Below, piece after piece: positions 42,877 through 53,564 of a stretch of 55,861 nucleotides of DNA (position 1 is the first letter of the stretch; every line of letters begins with the position of its first letter). The stretch spans positions 1 through 55,861 of the forward strand of contig JAGVYW010000044.1 in assembly GCA_018303075.1 (NCBI GenBank), given 5' to 3'. The notes beneath the pieces are model-generated. The model was not told the DNA's origin. It saw nothing but the letters and a program-made list of their open reading frames with translations, and did no database searches. The position numbers were made by a program, and so were the translations under genes. The stretch is from Candidatus Woesearchaeota archaeon (GTDB lineage Archaea; Nanobdellota; Nanobdellia; Woesearchaeales; DSVV01).

Positions 42877-43818
42877 ATGAAGAGAAAAGTAATTCAGATT
42901 GCGAACAGTACTCAACTGATTTCTTTACCAAGAGAGTGGGCTAAAAAGTATAATATAAAAAAAGGCGACGAATTAGAGATTGAAGCAAAAGGAAATAAAT
43001 TAGAAATCTGCTGTGAGAAAGATATTGAACTTGAAAATATCTCAATTAATATCTCTGGATTGGATAGAACTTCAATTATGTATTACATCAGAAGTGCCTA
43101 CAGAAGAGGTTATAATGTAATAGAGATTAATTTTGACAGAGATTATGCTCATCATTTCAGGATGGGAAAAGATGTTAAGATTATTTCAGTAATTCATGAA
43201 GAAGTTAACAGATTAGTAGGTGTTGAGATAATCCAGCAGAAAGACAAATTCTGTGTAGTAAAGGATATTTCTAATGCATCATTTAAGGATTTTGATACAG
43301 TATTAAGAAGAATATTCTTATTATTGTTAGATGCAACAACAAACTTATTTGCTGCAATGAAATCTGGCAATAAAGTTCTTGTTGAGAATATTGAGCAGAA
43401 TCATGACAGCATCACACGATTTATCAGTTATGCATTACGCCTTATCAATAAAGGTGGTTATTCAGAGCAGCACAAAAATTCATTACTTTATACGATAATA
43501 GTAATCATTGACAAAATTGTTGACATCTTAAAATATGCGGGAAGAGATTTTATAACAAATGATATCAAATTAAGCAATGAATCAAAAGAAATATTAGACA
43601 ATATTGCTGCAGCATTCCAAATATATTATGAATTATTTTACAAGTTTGAAGCAAAGAAAATTTATGAATTATATTTAAATAGAAATAACACAATTGACAA
43701 AATAAGAAAGATACAAAACAAACAGCCAAAGAATGAATTGATTCTTTTATCTGATCTACGCCAATGCTTTGAATATATTACAGGAATAGTTGAGAATAGG
43801 CTGAGTTTGTTGTTTTAG
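42877..43818 (+). CDS. AbrB/SpoVT-domain plus PhoU-like domain regulator
   Basis: The N-terminal MKRKVIQIANSTQLISLPREWAKKYNIKKGDELEIE is AbrB-like. The helical C-terminus is typical of archaeal PhoU-like regulators. Confidence 0.55.
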   Translation: MKRKVIQIANSTQLISLPREWAKKYNIKKGDELEIEAKGNKLEICCEKDIELENISINISGLDRTSIMYYIRSAYRRGYNVIEINFDRDYAHHFRMGKDVKIISVIHEEVNRLVGVEIIQQKDKFCVVKDISNASFKDFDTVLRRIFLLLLDATTNLFAAMKSGNKVLVENIEQNHDSITRFISYALRLINKGGYSEQHKNSLLYTIIVIIDKIVDILKYAGRDFITNDIKLSNESKEILDNIAAAFQIYYELFYKFEAKKIYELYLNRNNTIDKIRKIQNKQPKNELILLSDLRQCFEYITGIVENRLSLLF

Positions 43819-43826
43819 AATAATAA

Positions 43827-45131
43827 TCATTTATTAGAGGAGAGAATAGAATGGATATCACGAAGATTTCTAAAACCTATATATAACATATAAGGTAACT
43901 TTGAAATATATTCTGGAGATTCTGGCCTAATGTCAGACAATGCATAATAAACACCTTTGCCATCACCATCTATTATAAAATAGTTTCCAAGAAAGGAAGT
44001 AATTGTGCCAAAACGAGTACGATTTAAAGGAGTAAGGTTATCTAACTCAAAAGCAGGAATTTCATCAACTTGAGGAAATAATAATTGTAGAAGACCATTA
44101 TTACGATATAATATACCTTGATTATATGTTGCGCGTTGAACAAGTTTATGTCTTGAACTAGTCCTAAATACATAATCAACAATTTGATGTTTAATTGTCT
44201 TAAGATTAATTTTAACAGAATTTCCTGGAACTGGTAAAGAATAGTCAGAACTAAACAATTTTTTCATTAAAGTGTCAATATAATAATTGGATATACGCAT
44301 CTTATCTGGTTTTGCCTTTTGGAAACTATATCGTTGAGACCCAGAAAGAGAACGACTTTTATGCCACTTCATATATTCTTCTATTCTTAATGCATGAACC
44401 TCAGTAATTGAACGTTTCAGAGTATCTATCTCAGGACCATTATTAACAATAATGATATCAACAGATGGATTTAACGAACTAAACATTTTTTTATCAGAAA
44501 TCACTGAATCTATTGCTTGATTAATAGCCTGTTGATTATTAATTTTTTCTCGTTGACATCGTATAGTAATTCTTTCTTTAATATCTTTCTCATCTTTAGA
44601 TGTTGTTGTAATCACAACATTCATTGCATTAGGGAATAATTCTTTTTGCAACAAATATTGAAATGCAAATGGATTAACAACACCAATTACTTTGAAAATA
44701 GAATCATCCATTCTTAGAGGAGTTAATGCATCATTAGGAATACCATATAAATTACCATGAAAAGAATAGGCAAATGCATATTGAGAATCATGAAAGTTTT
44801 TAATAAAATCATCCATTTCAACAAAAACATGGTCAGTTGGTATATACACTTTTTCAGTTCTTCTTTCTTCTCTAGTAACGTGAGTTTGTACCTTACCAAA
44901 TTTGGGATTTATCTGAATAAGTTTATCAACAATTGTCGTCTTTCCAGATACCCTATGACCACCTACCAAAACGATATTAGGAGAAAATCGCTCAATCAAA
45001 TTAAGAAACCTAGTATAGCCTGGATTCAATTCCTGAATAATAGAATCACTACTACTATTCAATGCTTTATCTAAGGTTACAACTAATTCATCAATATTAT
45101 TATGATGACTTGTACCAACGAAAACAGCCAT
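43827..45131 (-). CDS. guanylate-kinase-like P-loop domain fused to a ~230 aa unknown domain
   Basis: The P-loop is atypical (VGGHRVSGKTTIVDKL). THVTREERRTEKVYIPTDHVFVEMDDF...FHGNLYGIP parallels the guanylate kinase pattern TTR.pR..E..G.dY.Fv...F...gn.YGt. Confidence 0.45.
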   Translation of the reverse strand: MAVFVGTSHHNNIDELVVTLDKALNSSSDSIIQELNPGYTRFLNLIERFSPNIVLVGGHRVSGKTTIVDKLIQINPKFGKVQTHVTREERRTEKVYIPTDHVFVEMDDFIKNFHDSQYAFAYSFHGNLYGIPNDALTPLRMDDSIFKVIGVVNPFAFQYLLQKELFPNAMNVVITTTSKDEKDIKERITIRCQREKINNQQAINQAIDSVISDKKMFSSLNPSVDIIIVNNGPEIDTLKRSITEVHALRIEEYMKWHKSRSLSGSQRYSFQKAKPDKMRISNYYIDTLMKKLFSSDYSLPVPGNSVKINLKTIKHQIVDYVFRTSSRHKLVQRATYNQGILYRNNGLLQLLFPQVDEIPAFELDNLTPLNRTRFGTITSFLGNYFIIDGDGKGVYYALSDIRPESPEYISKLPYMLYIGFRNLRDIHSILSSNK

Positions 45132-45251
45132 AGTACTACCTGGTAATAATGAAGGGTTTATAAATATTACTGAAAGATACAGACAAAAGTACTAATATAT
45201 ATATAATCTATATACATCAATTATATATAACCAAATCAATTACCTTAAACT

Positions 45252-45893
45252 ATGTCAGAAATAGAATATATAGAAGCATATAATCATTTAGGTCAGCTAA
45301 TGAAGATTAAAGAAAAAGATAGATTACTTGCAGAAATAAAAAGATATTCTAAAAAACATGGAGATGCAAACCTTGCTGTACGAGTAGTTCATTTATTTCT
45401 TATGAATATGGTTGGAGAATTATATATAGTAAAACGAGCAAAGAAAGATGAAAATCCATATCTATATGATAAAACTCTTGGCGCACATATGAAGAGAGGA
45501 GAAACATATGATATTGGGCTACAAAGAGAATGCCTTGAAGAACTTGAACTTGATACAACAATAGTTGAACCTGATAATTATCAATGGGTAACTAAGAAAA
45601 CAAACCTTCAAACAATAGCAGTTATCAAAGAGATTGCATTTGATCCTTGGTATAGATCAGTGCGATATGTAAAAAATGAAGAACCATGGGTAAAACGCCA
45701 TAGAGTAAAAACATATATTGGTATGTATGAAGGTGTACTCAGATTCAAAGATGGAGAAGCAATTGATGTAAAGATGATTACACTTGATAACTTAAAAAAA
45801 GAGTTAATATCTAATCCAAACATATATACAACAGACCTTAATGATTTAGTTCAAAGATACAAACCTCATTTAATGAACCCTAATTTTTTGTAA
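45252..45893 (+). CDS. Nudix-family hydrolase-like protein
   Basis: A Nudix-box-like segment, GAHMKRGETYDIGLQRECLEELEL, is present with one extra residue before the first Glu. Confidence 0.5.
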   Translation: MSEIEYIEAYNHLGQLMKIKEKDRLLAEIKRYSKKHGDANLAVRVVHLFLMNMVGELYIVKRAKKDENPYLYDKTLGAHMKRGETYDIGLQRECLEELELDTTIVEPDNYQWVTKKTNLQTIAVIKEIAFDPWYRSVRYVKNEEPWVKRHRVKTYIGMYEGVLRFKDGEAIDVKMITLDNLKKELISNPNIYTTDLNDLVQRYKPHLMNPNFL

Positions 45894-45930
45894 ACATTTA
45901 TATACCACCTTTTCAATAATTCTAATTTTT

Positions 45931-46710
45931 ATGAAAGCAATTATCTTAGCAGCAGGATATGCAACACGATTGTATCCATTAACATTATCAACACCAAAAC
46001 CATTGTTAACAGTAGCTGGTATTCCGATTGTTGAACATATAATCAATAAGATTGAAGAAATCTCTTCAATTGACCATATCTACATTGTAACAAACAACAA
46101 GTTCTATGCTCATTTTATTGATTGGAAAGAAAATTTCTCATCAAATAAATCAGTAATAATAATGAATGACAACACGAATTCAAACGAAGATCGTCTTGGA
46201 GCAATAGGAGATATCCATTATGTTGTTCAAGAGATGAGTATTGATGATGATATCATGGTTATTGCAGGTGATAATCTGTTTACTTTTTCTTTGGAACAAG
46301 TACATCAATTAGCTCAAGTAAAAAAAAGCTCAGTTATTGCTTTATACGATCTCAAAGATCCAGCAAAAATAGCATCACGCTTAGGATGTGCAGTTATTGA
46401 TAAAAGTTCAAGAATTACTGAATTTCAAGAAAAACCAATGTCACCTAAATCAACGCTTGCAGCAACTGTCTGTTATTTCATCAAGAGAGATGATGTCATT
46501 GAATTAGAAAATTGTATTAACGAAAATAAAACTCCAGATAATGCTGGTGATTTTATTAGATATCTTATCAGCAAAAAAGAGGTTTATGCTTATGTTGCTG
46601 ATGGACTATGGTTTGACATAGGCAGCCCTGAGCAATATAAAGAAGCAAATAAAATCTTTTCAAATAAACTATCAGAAATCGAACGGAGTGAAGATCTTTG
46701 CACAACATAA
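45931..46710 (+). CDS. sugar-1-phosphate nucleotidylyltransferase
   Basis: MKAIILAAGYATRLYPLT...PKPLL is the canonical NTP-transferase N-terminus. Confidence 0.8.
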   Translation: MKAIILAAGYATRLYPLTLSTPKPLLTVAGIPIVEHIINKIEEISSIDHIYIVTNNKFYAHFIDWKENFSSNKSVIIMNDNTNSNEDRLGAIGDIHYVVQEMSIDDDIMVIAGDNLFTFSLEQVHQLAQVKKSSVIALYDLKDPAKIASRLGCAVIDKSSRITEFQEKPMSPKSTLAATVCYFIKRDDVIELENCINENKTPDNAGDFIRYLISKKEVYAYVADGLWFDIGSPEQYKEANKIFSNKLSEIERSEDLCTT

Positions 46711-48623
46711 AATTACTGCACATCATTGAAGATGAGGCAGAAGAAAAAGAGGTCAATAATCCATCCTTTTTGCTCACAAACAAAAAAGGAGGATACTTAT
46801 CATTAGCTTCATGTAGTAATATCTCTAGATTTCAAGGATGTTTTTTCTTAAAACAATTAAATGAAAAGAATGCTGTAATGTACAAAGTAATTGAATCATT
46901 ACAATTGGATGATGTACCTATACAGATGGTAAACAATTTTTTCTGCATAACCCGAAAATATGACAAAGCAAGCGAACAATTCTCAATGTTTTATAATAAT
47001 GCATTTCTTTATTCAATAAAAGATTATACAGGAAATCTGCTTCTAACACTTGATACAAGAGATATCTATGATTATAATGATCAAGGAAGAATCTACAGCA
47101 TAAACAAGATCAATGATAACATAATAATTGAATATACAAAATATAAAGACAATTCATTGAAAAACACACTTTATAAGATATATCTAGTAATAAAAAGCTG
47201 TGATGAAAAAAATTCACCTATTGAATTTGAAGTGCTCAACAAATGGAAGAAAAAAGAATATGAATATGATAAAAAGAGAAACTCGCAGCCAAATGAATTA
47301 TTTATATATGATGCATTAAAATTAAAAATCAAGAAAAATGCAAGATTAGTATTCTCTTACAGTAATTCAAAACAAGAAGCATTAGATACTGCAGATAACT
47401 TAGCATTAAACCAGATAACTTTATTGCGATTAAAAGAAGAATATGTCAAAACAATTGTAACACATGATATCAATTTAAGTAATATTGAAGTTTCGCTTGC
47501 ATATAAGAACTGCATCAATTCTCTTGATGGATTGCTGACAGAAGCAGGTACTCAAAACAAAGGCATCTTTGCAGGTCTTCCATGGTTCTTCCAGTTTTGG
47601 ACAAGAGATGAAAACATAGCATTAATCGGCCTTATTAAAGAAGAACGTTTTGCAGAGGCAAAAGCAATATTATTTAGGATGCTTGAGAACATACTTCCAG
47701 ATGGAAGATTAGCAAATAGATATCCAAAAGCAGAGCTAGGCTGTGCTGACAGCATTGGATTATTATTCAAAAGAATTTCTGATTTGATGAAAGAAACGAA
47801 AAAAAAGAAACAATTTCAGCAGTATTTCAGCAGTAATGATATTTTCCTCATCAAAGAGAAATTACAAAAATCAATCATCAAGAATGAGAAGTATCATTCA
47901 AAAGCAGGATTGATACATAACTTAAAATTAGAAACATGGATGGACACTACTATTGACAGCACATCCAATGATACAAGAGAAGGACAAAGGATAGAAATAC
48001 AAGCAGCAAGATTATTAATGATTAAATTAATGATTGAATTAAGCAATATGACAGATGACAGCAAAAAAGAGAAAGAATACATCAAAATAGAACAAGAATT
48101 TGCAAAAAAGGTAAAAGATACTTTCTTAAGCAGCATTAGCGAAGAACAACAACAGCTTATTCTTAAAGATGGAAAAGATGATGCAGCAATACGCCCAAAT
48201 ATATTTTTAGCATATTATCTGTACCCAGAACTATTATCACATCAAGAATGGGAAGAAGTATTTGACAATACATTAAAGAAATTATGGGTTGATTGGGGTG
48301 GATTAACTACAATTGACAAGACCAGCAGATATTTCACATGGGAATATAGTGGAGAGAATAATAAAAGCTATCATCGCGGGGATTCATGGTTTTTTATAAA
48401 TAATATTGCAGCAATCTGCCTGTATAAAGTAAACAAAATAAAATATGATTATGCAATCAGAAAGATAATTGATGCATCAACACAAGATATTCTCTGGAAT
48501 GGTTTTATTGGCCATGCATCTGAATTAAGCTCTGCAAAAGAACAGCGAGCAGAAGGTTGTTTGGCACAAGCATGGTCAGCAGGAACATATATTGAATTAG
48601 TGCATGAAGTTTATGAGAAATAA
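46698..48623 (+). CDS. archaeal-type glycogen debranching enzyme (amylo-alpha-1,6-glucosidase, GDE_C-like)
   Basis: GLPWFFQFWTRDENIAL and HRGDSWFFINN resemble GDE_C motifs. The gene overlaps the upstream gene by 13 nt. Confidence 0.65.
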   Translation: MHNIKLLHIIEDEAEEKEVNNPSFLLTNKKGGYLSLASCSNISRFQGCFFLKQLNEKNAVMYKVIESLQLDDVPIQMVNNFFCITRKYDKASEQFSMFYNNAFLYSIKDYTGNLLLTLDTRDIYDYNDQGRIYSINKINDNIIIEYTKYKDNSLKNTLYKIYLVIKSCDEKNSPIEFEVLNKWKKKEYEYDKKRNSQPNELFIYDALKLKIKKNARLVFSYSNSKQEALDTADNLALNQITLLRLKEEYVKTIVTHDINLSNIEVSLAYKNCINSLDGLLTEAGTQNKGIFAGLPWFFQFWTRDENIALIGLIKEERFAEAKAILFRMLENILPDGRLANRYPKAELGCADSIGLLFKRISDLMKETKKKKQFQQYFSSNDIFLIKEKLQKSIIKNEKYHSKAGLIHNLKLETWMDTTIDSTSNDTREGQRIEIQAARLLMIKLMIELSNMTDDSKKEKEYIKIEQEFAKKVKDTFLSSISEEQQQLILKDGKDDAAIRPNIFLAYYLYPELLSHQEWEEVFDNTLKKLWVDWGGLTTIDKTSRYFTWEYSGENNKSYHRGDSWFFINNIAAICLYKVNKIKYDYAIRKIIDASTQDILWNGFIGHASELSSAKEQRAEGCLAQAWSAGTYIELVHEVYEK

Positions 48624-48710
48624 AATACTATTTAATTGAAAAAGTTTATATATTCTTCTACTTAGAAACTGATTTAGTTAGTTAAACAACTAATAAAAAG
48701 GGGTTTAAGA

Positions 48711-50027
48711 GTGAAGGTATTGATGTTTGGATGGGAATTCCCTCCAATAAATTCAGGGGGATTAGGTACAGCTTGTTATGGGTTAACAAAAGCATTAAAT
48801 AAAGAAAATGTTGACATAACATTCGTTGTACCGCAAGGAGAACAAAGCAATAGCTCTAGCCATCTTAATCTTTTAGCGCTTAACAAACTAGAAGATGATT
48901 CAACATATAAATCTATAAAGATTAAGAAAATTGCAAGCATTCTGAAACCATATATCAGTTCGCAAGATTACAAGAGAATAAAAAGAAAAGGTGATCATTT
49001 CTCAACATTGTATGGCAATAATTTACATGAAGAAGTACAAAGATATGCAGAAATTACTAAGAAAATAGCAGAACAATCAAACTGCGATGTAATCCACGCG
49101 CATGACTGGCTGACATTTCCTGCTGCAATTAAAGCAAAAGAAGAAACAAATAAGCCATTAGTAGTGCATATTCACGCAACAGAGTTTGATAGAACTGCTG
49201 ATCATCCTGATCAAATAATTTATGATATTGAAAAAGAAGGCATGAAGCGAGCAGATAAAATAATAGCTGTGAGCAATTTCACAAAACAAAAGATAATAGA
49301 ACATTATGGAATCCCCGCAGATAAGATTGCTGTTGTTCACAATGCAGTTGAACATAAATCACGCATCCACAACATACATAACATACACAAAAAATCTCAT
49401 GAAAAGATTGTATTATTCTTAGGCAGGCTCACTGTACAAAAAGGTGCAGACTATTTTCTTTATGCTGCAGAAAAAGTTCTAAAGATAAATCCAAATGTGC
49501 TGTTTGTCATTGCTGGCTCAGGAGATATGGAATCTCAGATAATAGAAAAAGCAGCAGAACTAAATATTGCAAATAAAGTAGTATTTACAGGATTTCTTAC
49601 TGGAAAAGATGTGGATAAGATGTACAGCTTGGCAGATCTCTATGTAATGCCTTCAGTGTCAGAGCCATTTGGCATCACCACATTAGAAGCATTAAGCAAT
49701 GATACACCTGTACTAATATCAAAACAATCAGGAGTAAGTGAAGTTTTACACCATGCATTAAAGGTTGACTTTTGGGACATCAATCAGATGGCAAACAAGA
49801 TCTTAGCAGTACTGCAATATCCAGAACTTTACTATAATCTCAAAATCAATGGAAAAAAAGAAGTTATACGATTTAATTGGCAGATTCCCGCAGGAAAATG
49901 CATTGACATTTATAAGGATTTGATTGAACTGCACAAACTAAAGAATGAACAGAAAACAATAAAGATAAAAAAGAGCAATCACAACAGCAATTGTATAAAC
50001 AAGAAGAATAAAAGTAAAAGAGGATAA
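48711..50027 (+). CDS. GT-B glycosyltransferase, glycogen synthase-like
   Basis: The N-terminus is FGWEFPPINSGGLGTACYGLTKAL and the C-terminal region has EPFGITTLEAL. The start codon is GTG. Confidence 0.65.
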   Translation: MKVLMFGWEFPPINSGGLGTACYGLTKALNKENVDITFVVPQGEQSNSSSHLNLLALNKLEDDSTYKSIKIKKIASILKPYISSQDYKRIKRKGDHFSTLYGNNLHEEVQRYAEITKKIAEQSNCDVIHAHDWLTFPAAIKAKEETNKPLVVHIHATEFDRTADHPDQIIYDIEKEGMKRADKIIAVSNFTKQKIIEHYGIPADKIAVVHNAVEHKSRIHNIHNIHKKSHEKIVLFLGRLTVQKGADYFLYAAEKVLKINPNVLFVIAGSGDMESQIIEKAAELNIANKVVFTGFLTGKDVDKMYSLADLYVMPSVSEPFGITTLEALSNDTPVLISKQSGVSEVLHHALKVDFWDINQMANKILAVLQYPELYYNLKINGKKEVIRFNWQIPAGKCIDIYKDLIELHKLKNEQKTIKIKKSNHNSNCINKKNKSKRG

Positions 50028-50030
50028 ACA

Positions 50031-51332
50031 ATGGTCAACATCTGCATGTATTTCCAAGTTCACCAGCCATTTCGACTTAGAAATTACACTGTATTTGACA
50101 TAGGTAATAACAGCATATATTTTGATGCAAAGAAAAACGAGGAAATCTGCAGAAAAGTTGCCAACAAATGTTATCTTCCTGCAAACAAGATAATTTTAGA
50201 TTTAATCAAACAAACAAATGGCAGATTTAGAGCTGCATTTTCAATCTCAGGCTGCGCTTTAGAGCAATTTCATTTATATTCTCCTGAAGTAATACAAAGT
50301 TTTAGAGAATTAGCAAAAACTGGCTGCGTTGAATTTCTTTCAGAAACATATTATCATTCTCTTGCATATTTACATTCTAAAGAAGAATTCGTGAAACAAA
50401 TAGACATACACAAAAACGCAATGTTAAAAATTTTTGGACATTGTCCAAAAATTTTTAGAAACACAGAACTAATTTTTAATAATGAATTAGCTAAATTTAT
50501 TGAATCACTTGGATATACAGCAATACTTGCAGAAGGCGCTGATCATATACTTAATGGAAGATCACCAAATTTTATCTGCAGTGCAAACTATAATGATACA
50601 GATAATAACAATACAAACTTCAGCAATAAGATAAAAGTGTTATTAAAAAATTACAAGCTTAGCGATGATATTGCATTCCGCTTCTCAAACAGAGAATGGA
50701 AAGAATGGCCGCTAACTGCCGAGAAATATGCTTCATGGATTAATAACATCAATGGAAATGGTGAAGTGATAAACTTATTCATGGATTATGAAACATTTGG
50801 CGAGCATCAATGGGAATCAACAGGTATATTTGAATTCCTTAAGCAGATGCCTATTGAGATCTTGAAGCATCCAGATAATAGTTTTATGCTGCCAAGTGAG
50901 ATTGCAGCAAAACATGAAATAAAAGATACAATCGATGTCCACAATTTCATATCATGGGCAGATATTGAACGTGATCTATCTGCATGGCTTGGCAATCAGA
51001 TACAACGCTCAGCATTTCATGAGTTGTATCAGCTTGAAAAAGAGATTATAGCAACAAATGATAAGAGATTGATCCACGAATGGAGAAAACTACAGACATC
51101 AGACCATTTTTATTACATGTGCACAAAATGGTTTGAAGACGGAGATGTACATAAATATTTTAATCCATATGAAAGTCCATACGACGCATTTATTACATTT
51201 ATGAATATATTAAAAGATATAAAAATAAGAATAAGAAAAGCAAATGAAAACAATCTAAGAGAAAAAGATATAAATGAAAATAAAAAGAATATAGATGAAA
51301 GTGAGGAAAATAATAAAGAGATAATAATATGA
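50031..51332 (+). CDS. glycoside hydrolase family 57 protein
   Basis: MYFQVHQPFRLRNY and DYETFGEH are GH57-like motifs. Confidence 0.65.
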   Translation: MVNICMYFQVHQPFRLRNYTVFDIGNNSIYFDAKKNEEICRKVANKCYLPANKIILDLIKQTNGRFRAAFSISGCALEQFHLYSPEVIQSFRELAKTGCVEFLSETYYHSLAYLHSKEEFVKQIDIHKNAMLKIFGHCPKIFRNTELIFNNELAKFIESLGYTAILAEGADHILNGRSPNFICSANYNDTDNNNTNFSNKIKVLLKNYKLSDDIAFRFSNREWKEWPLTAEKYASWINNINGNGEVINLFMDYETFGEHQWESTGIFEFLKQMPIEILKHPDNSFMLPSEIAAKHEIKDTIDVHNFISWADIERDLSAWLGNQIQRSAFHELYQLEKEIIATNDKRLIHEWRKLQTSDHFYYMCTKWFEDGDVHKYFNPYESPYDAFITFMNILKDIKIRIRKANENNLREKDINENKKNIDESEENNKEIII

Positions 51333-51372
51333 ATATTATTAATACCTTAATACAAAAAAAGAGTTAAGAAAA

Positions 51373-53496
51373 ATGGAAGAAACCAAACAAACTATCCCGC
51401 CAGAAACAAAGCAGAACTTAAAATTCATTAAATCTGCTGATGAATTGATGGGAGTAAAAGAAGAGAAAAGCAGCGGTGAGCTTAAAAAAACTCTTGGTTT
51501 TGGAATTCTTTTTGTTTTAGCATTAAATTTTATCTTTGATTCTTCAATATTTTATATTCCGTATTATGGGGTGGAGTTAGCTGGAAAAGCTTCTTTGATT
51601 TCATGGGTGTTGATAACATTGATTGGAATATATATTGCAATGTGCTATGGTGAATTGATCAGTATGTACCCAACATCAGGAGGAATCTATGAGGTCAGCA
51701 AGATTACATATGGTACATTTATTTCATTTATTGTAGGATGGCTTAATTGGTTAGTTGGAAATATTGGTGTTGCCATATCAATAACTGCTGGCTTAGAAGT
51801 CTTGGTTCCAGCAGAACTTGTGTTCAATACAACTGTTACTTACATAGTAAAAGCTGTTATATGTTTAATCACTATTTTTTTATTTTCCCATCTAGCAAAA
51901 AAAGGAAAAGATATTGGAAATAATATTATCTTTTATTTCACTGTAATAATCTTGTTTGCATTTGCACTATTGATCATCCCTATGTTTTTAGATATCCCTT
52001 CTTTAGTGCAAAATGGTGTTTTAAGAAGCCATGTAAATTTAGATTTGTATAAGCCATTTTATCCTGATGAAGACCCATCAATAAGTTTTGCATTGATAAT
52101 CAGCGCGATTTTTGTGACATGCACTTCTTTTTTTGGGTTATCAGCAATATCTTATCTTTCTGGAGAAGTAAAAGAGCCTGAAAAAGTAATGCCTAAGGTT
52201 TTCAAATGGTCAATGATAACTGTTGGAATAACCACTTTATTATTTATTGCTGGCTCGTATGGTGTATTGGACACAAACACATATCTCGAATCTGATTATT
52301 ATTTCGCAGAGATTATCAATACTACACTTGGACAATTTAGCACTTTTTTTGTAAGCTTTTTGGTAATTCTATCGGGTATTTTGTATTTTAGTGAAGGTCT
52401 TGGCTGGATATTATCAGGACCAAGACTGATTTATTCGATTGCAAAAGACAGATTATTTCCAACAAGCTTTGCAAAGATTGATGAAGAATTCCAGCAGCCA
52501 GTTAGAGCCATAAAATTCCAGGCAAAAACATTATCGCTATTCATAATAATAATGTACATCATGTATATATTCAATGATTACTTTGGAGAGATTGATCCTT
52601 TCACCTACTTTTTGACAATATTCATTTTTTTCTCGATTATATTAGTATGCATCTCATTGCTTGCAATTCCAATCTTAAGAGAAAGATTTCCAGAAGCAAA
52701 ACGTCCATATAAAGTAGCATTTGGAAATATTCTGCCATACATAATAATCTTATTATTTTTCATGATAATAATTGTTTGGATAAAATATGATGAAAATGGA
52801 CTACTTGTTCTGCTGTCATCAATAGCTTTGCTCATGTTAGGTATTCCAATCTATGCATTGCTTGTTATTTATTTTGATCCAGATGTATACACTAAGTTAA
52901 AACATTTTATGAATTATTTCAGCTGGCTCTATGAACCATTGATATTATCAAAAGAAATCAGGAAAGAATTGTATGAAAAGATAGGAGATATAGCTGGAAA
53001 AAAAATATTATTATATGGAACAACAGGAACTAAATTTACAATTGATGTTGCAGATAAAGTTGGAACTGCTGGAAAAGTATATGTTACAGACTTATCTGAA
53101 AAAACAATTTATAAGATAAGTGAAAAAATTGAAAGAAAGAAGATAACACATATAACTGCAATACACGATGAACATCAAGTAAATAGAGTTCATCCGCATA
53201 TTCCGCAAGTAAATGCAATTATATCAACTGGAATGCTCGGACATGTTCAAGACTTGCGAAAAGTTGCAAAAGAGATGGCAGCAATATTGCCTGATAGCGG
53301 AAGAATTGTATTCAAAGAAGAAGTAGATGTGCTTTCATTTGTACCAAACATTGGCTGGATTGCACAGCCAGAAAAAGTCGTTGAAATTTTCAGAGAAGAA
53401 GGTATTAGCATAACTTTTGTCCATGTAAAAAGAACATTCTGGACAGACTTGTTTGTCTACGGTGTAAAGTCAAAAGAAGATGTACCAGTAATATAA
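51373..53496 (+). CDS. APC-family amino acid permease fused to a methyltransferase-like C-terminal domain
   Basis: About 12 TM helices include GELISMYPTSGGIYE, which is APC-like. A ~190 aa soluble tail has a Rossmann-like segment, KILLYGTTGTKFTIDVADKVGTAGKVYVTDLS. Confidence 0.6.
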   Translation: MEETKQTIPPETKQNLKFIKSADELMGVKEEKSSGELKKTLGFGILFVLALNFIFDSSIFYIPYYGVELAGKASLISWVLITLIGIYIAMCYGELISMYPTSGGIYEVSKITYGTFISFIVGWLNWLVGNIGVAISITAGLEVLVPAELVFNTTVTYIVKAVICLITIFLFSHLAKKGKDIGNNIIFYFTVIILFAFALLIIPMFLDIPSLVQNGVLRSHVNLDLYKPFYPDEDPSISFALIISAIFVTCTSFFGLSAISYLSGEVKEPEKVMPKVFKWSMITVGITTLLFIAGSYGVLDTNTYLESDYYFAEIINTTLGQFSTFFVSFLVILSGILYFSEGLGWILSGPRLIYSIAKDRLFPTSFAKIDEEFQQPVRAIKFQAKTLSLFIIIMYIMYIFNDYFGEIDPFTYFLTIFIFFSIILVCISLLAIPILRERFPEAKRPYKVAFGNILPYIIILLFFMIIIVWIKYDENGLLVLLSSIALLMLGIPIYALLVIYFDPDVYTKLKHFMNYFSWLYEPLILSKEIRKELYEKIGDIAGKKILLYGTTGTKFTIDVADKVGTAGKVYVTDLSEKTIYKISEKIERKKITHITAIHDEHQVNRVHPHIPQVNAIISTGMLGHVQDLRKVAKEMAAILPDSGRIVFKEEVDVLSFVPNIGWIAQPEKVVEIFREEGISITFVHVKRTFWTDLFVYGVKSKEDVPVI

Positions 53497-53564
53497 ACTG
53501 AAAATAAATGAACTAATACAATAAATCATAATAAAGAACTATGAAAAAAAGTTTTGTTTTAGAA

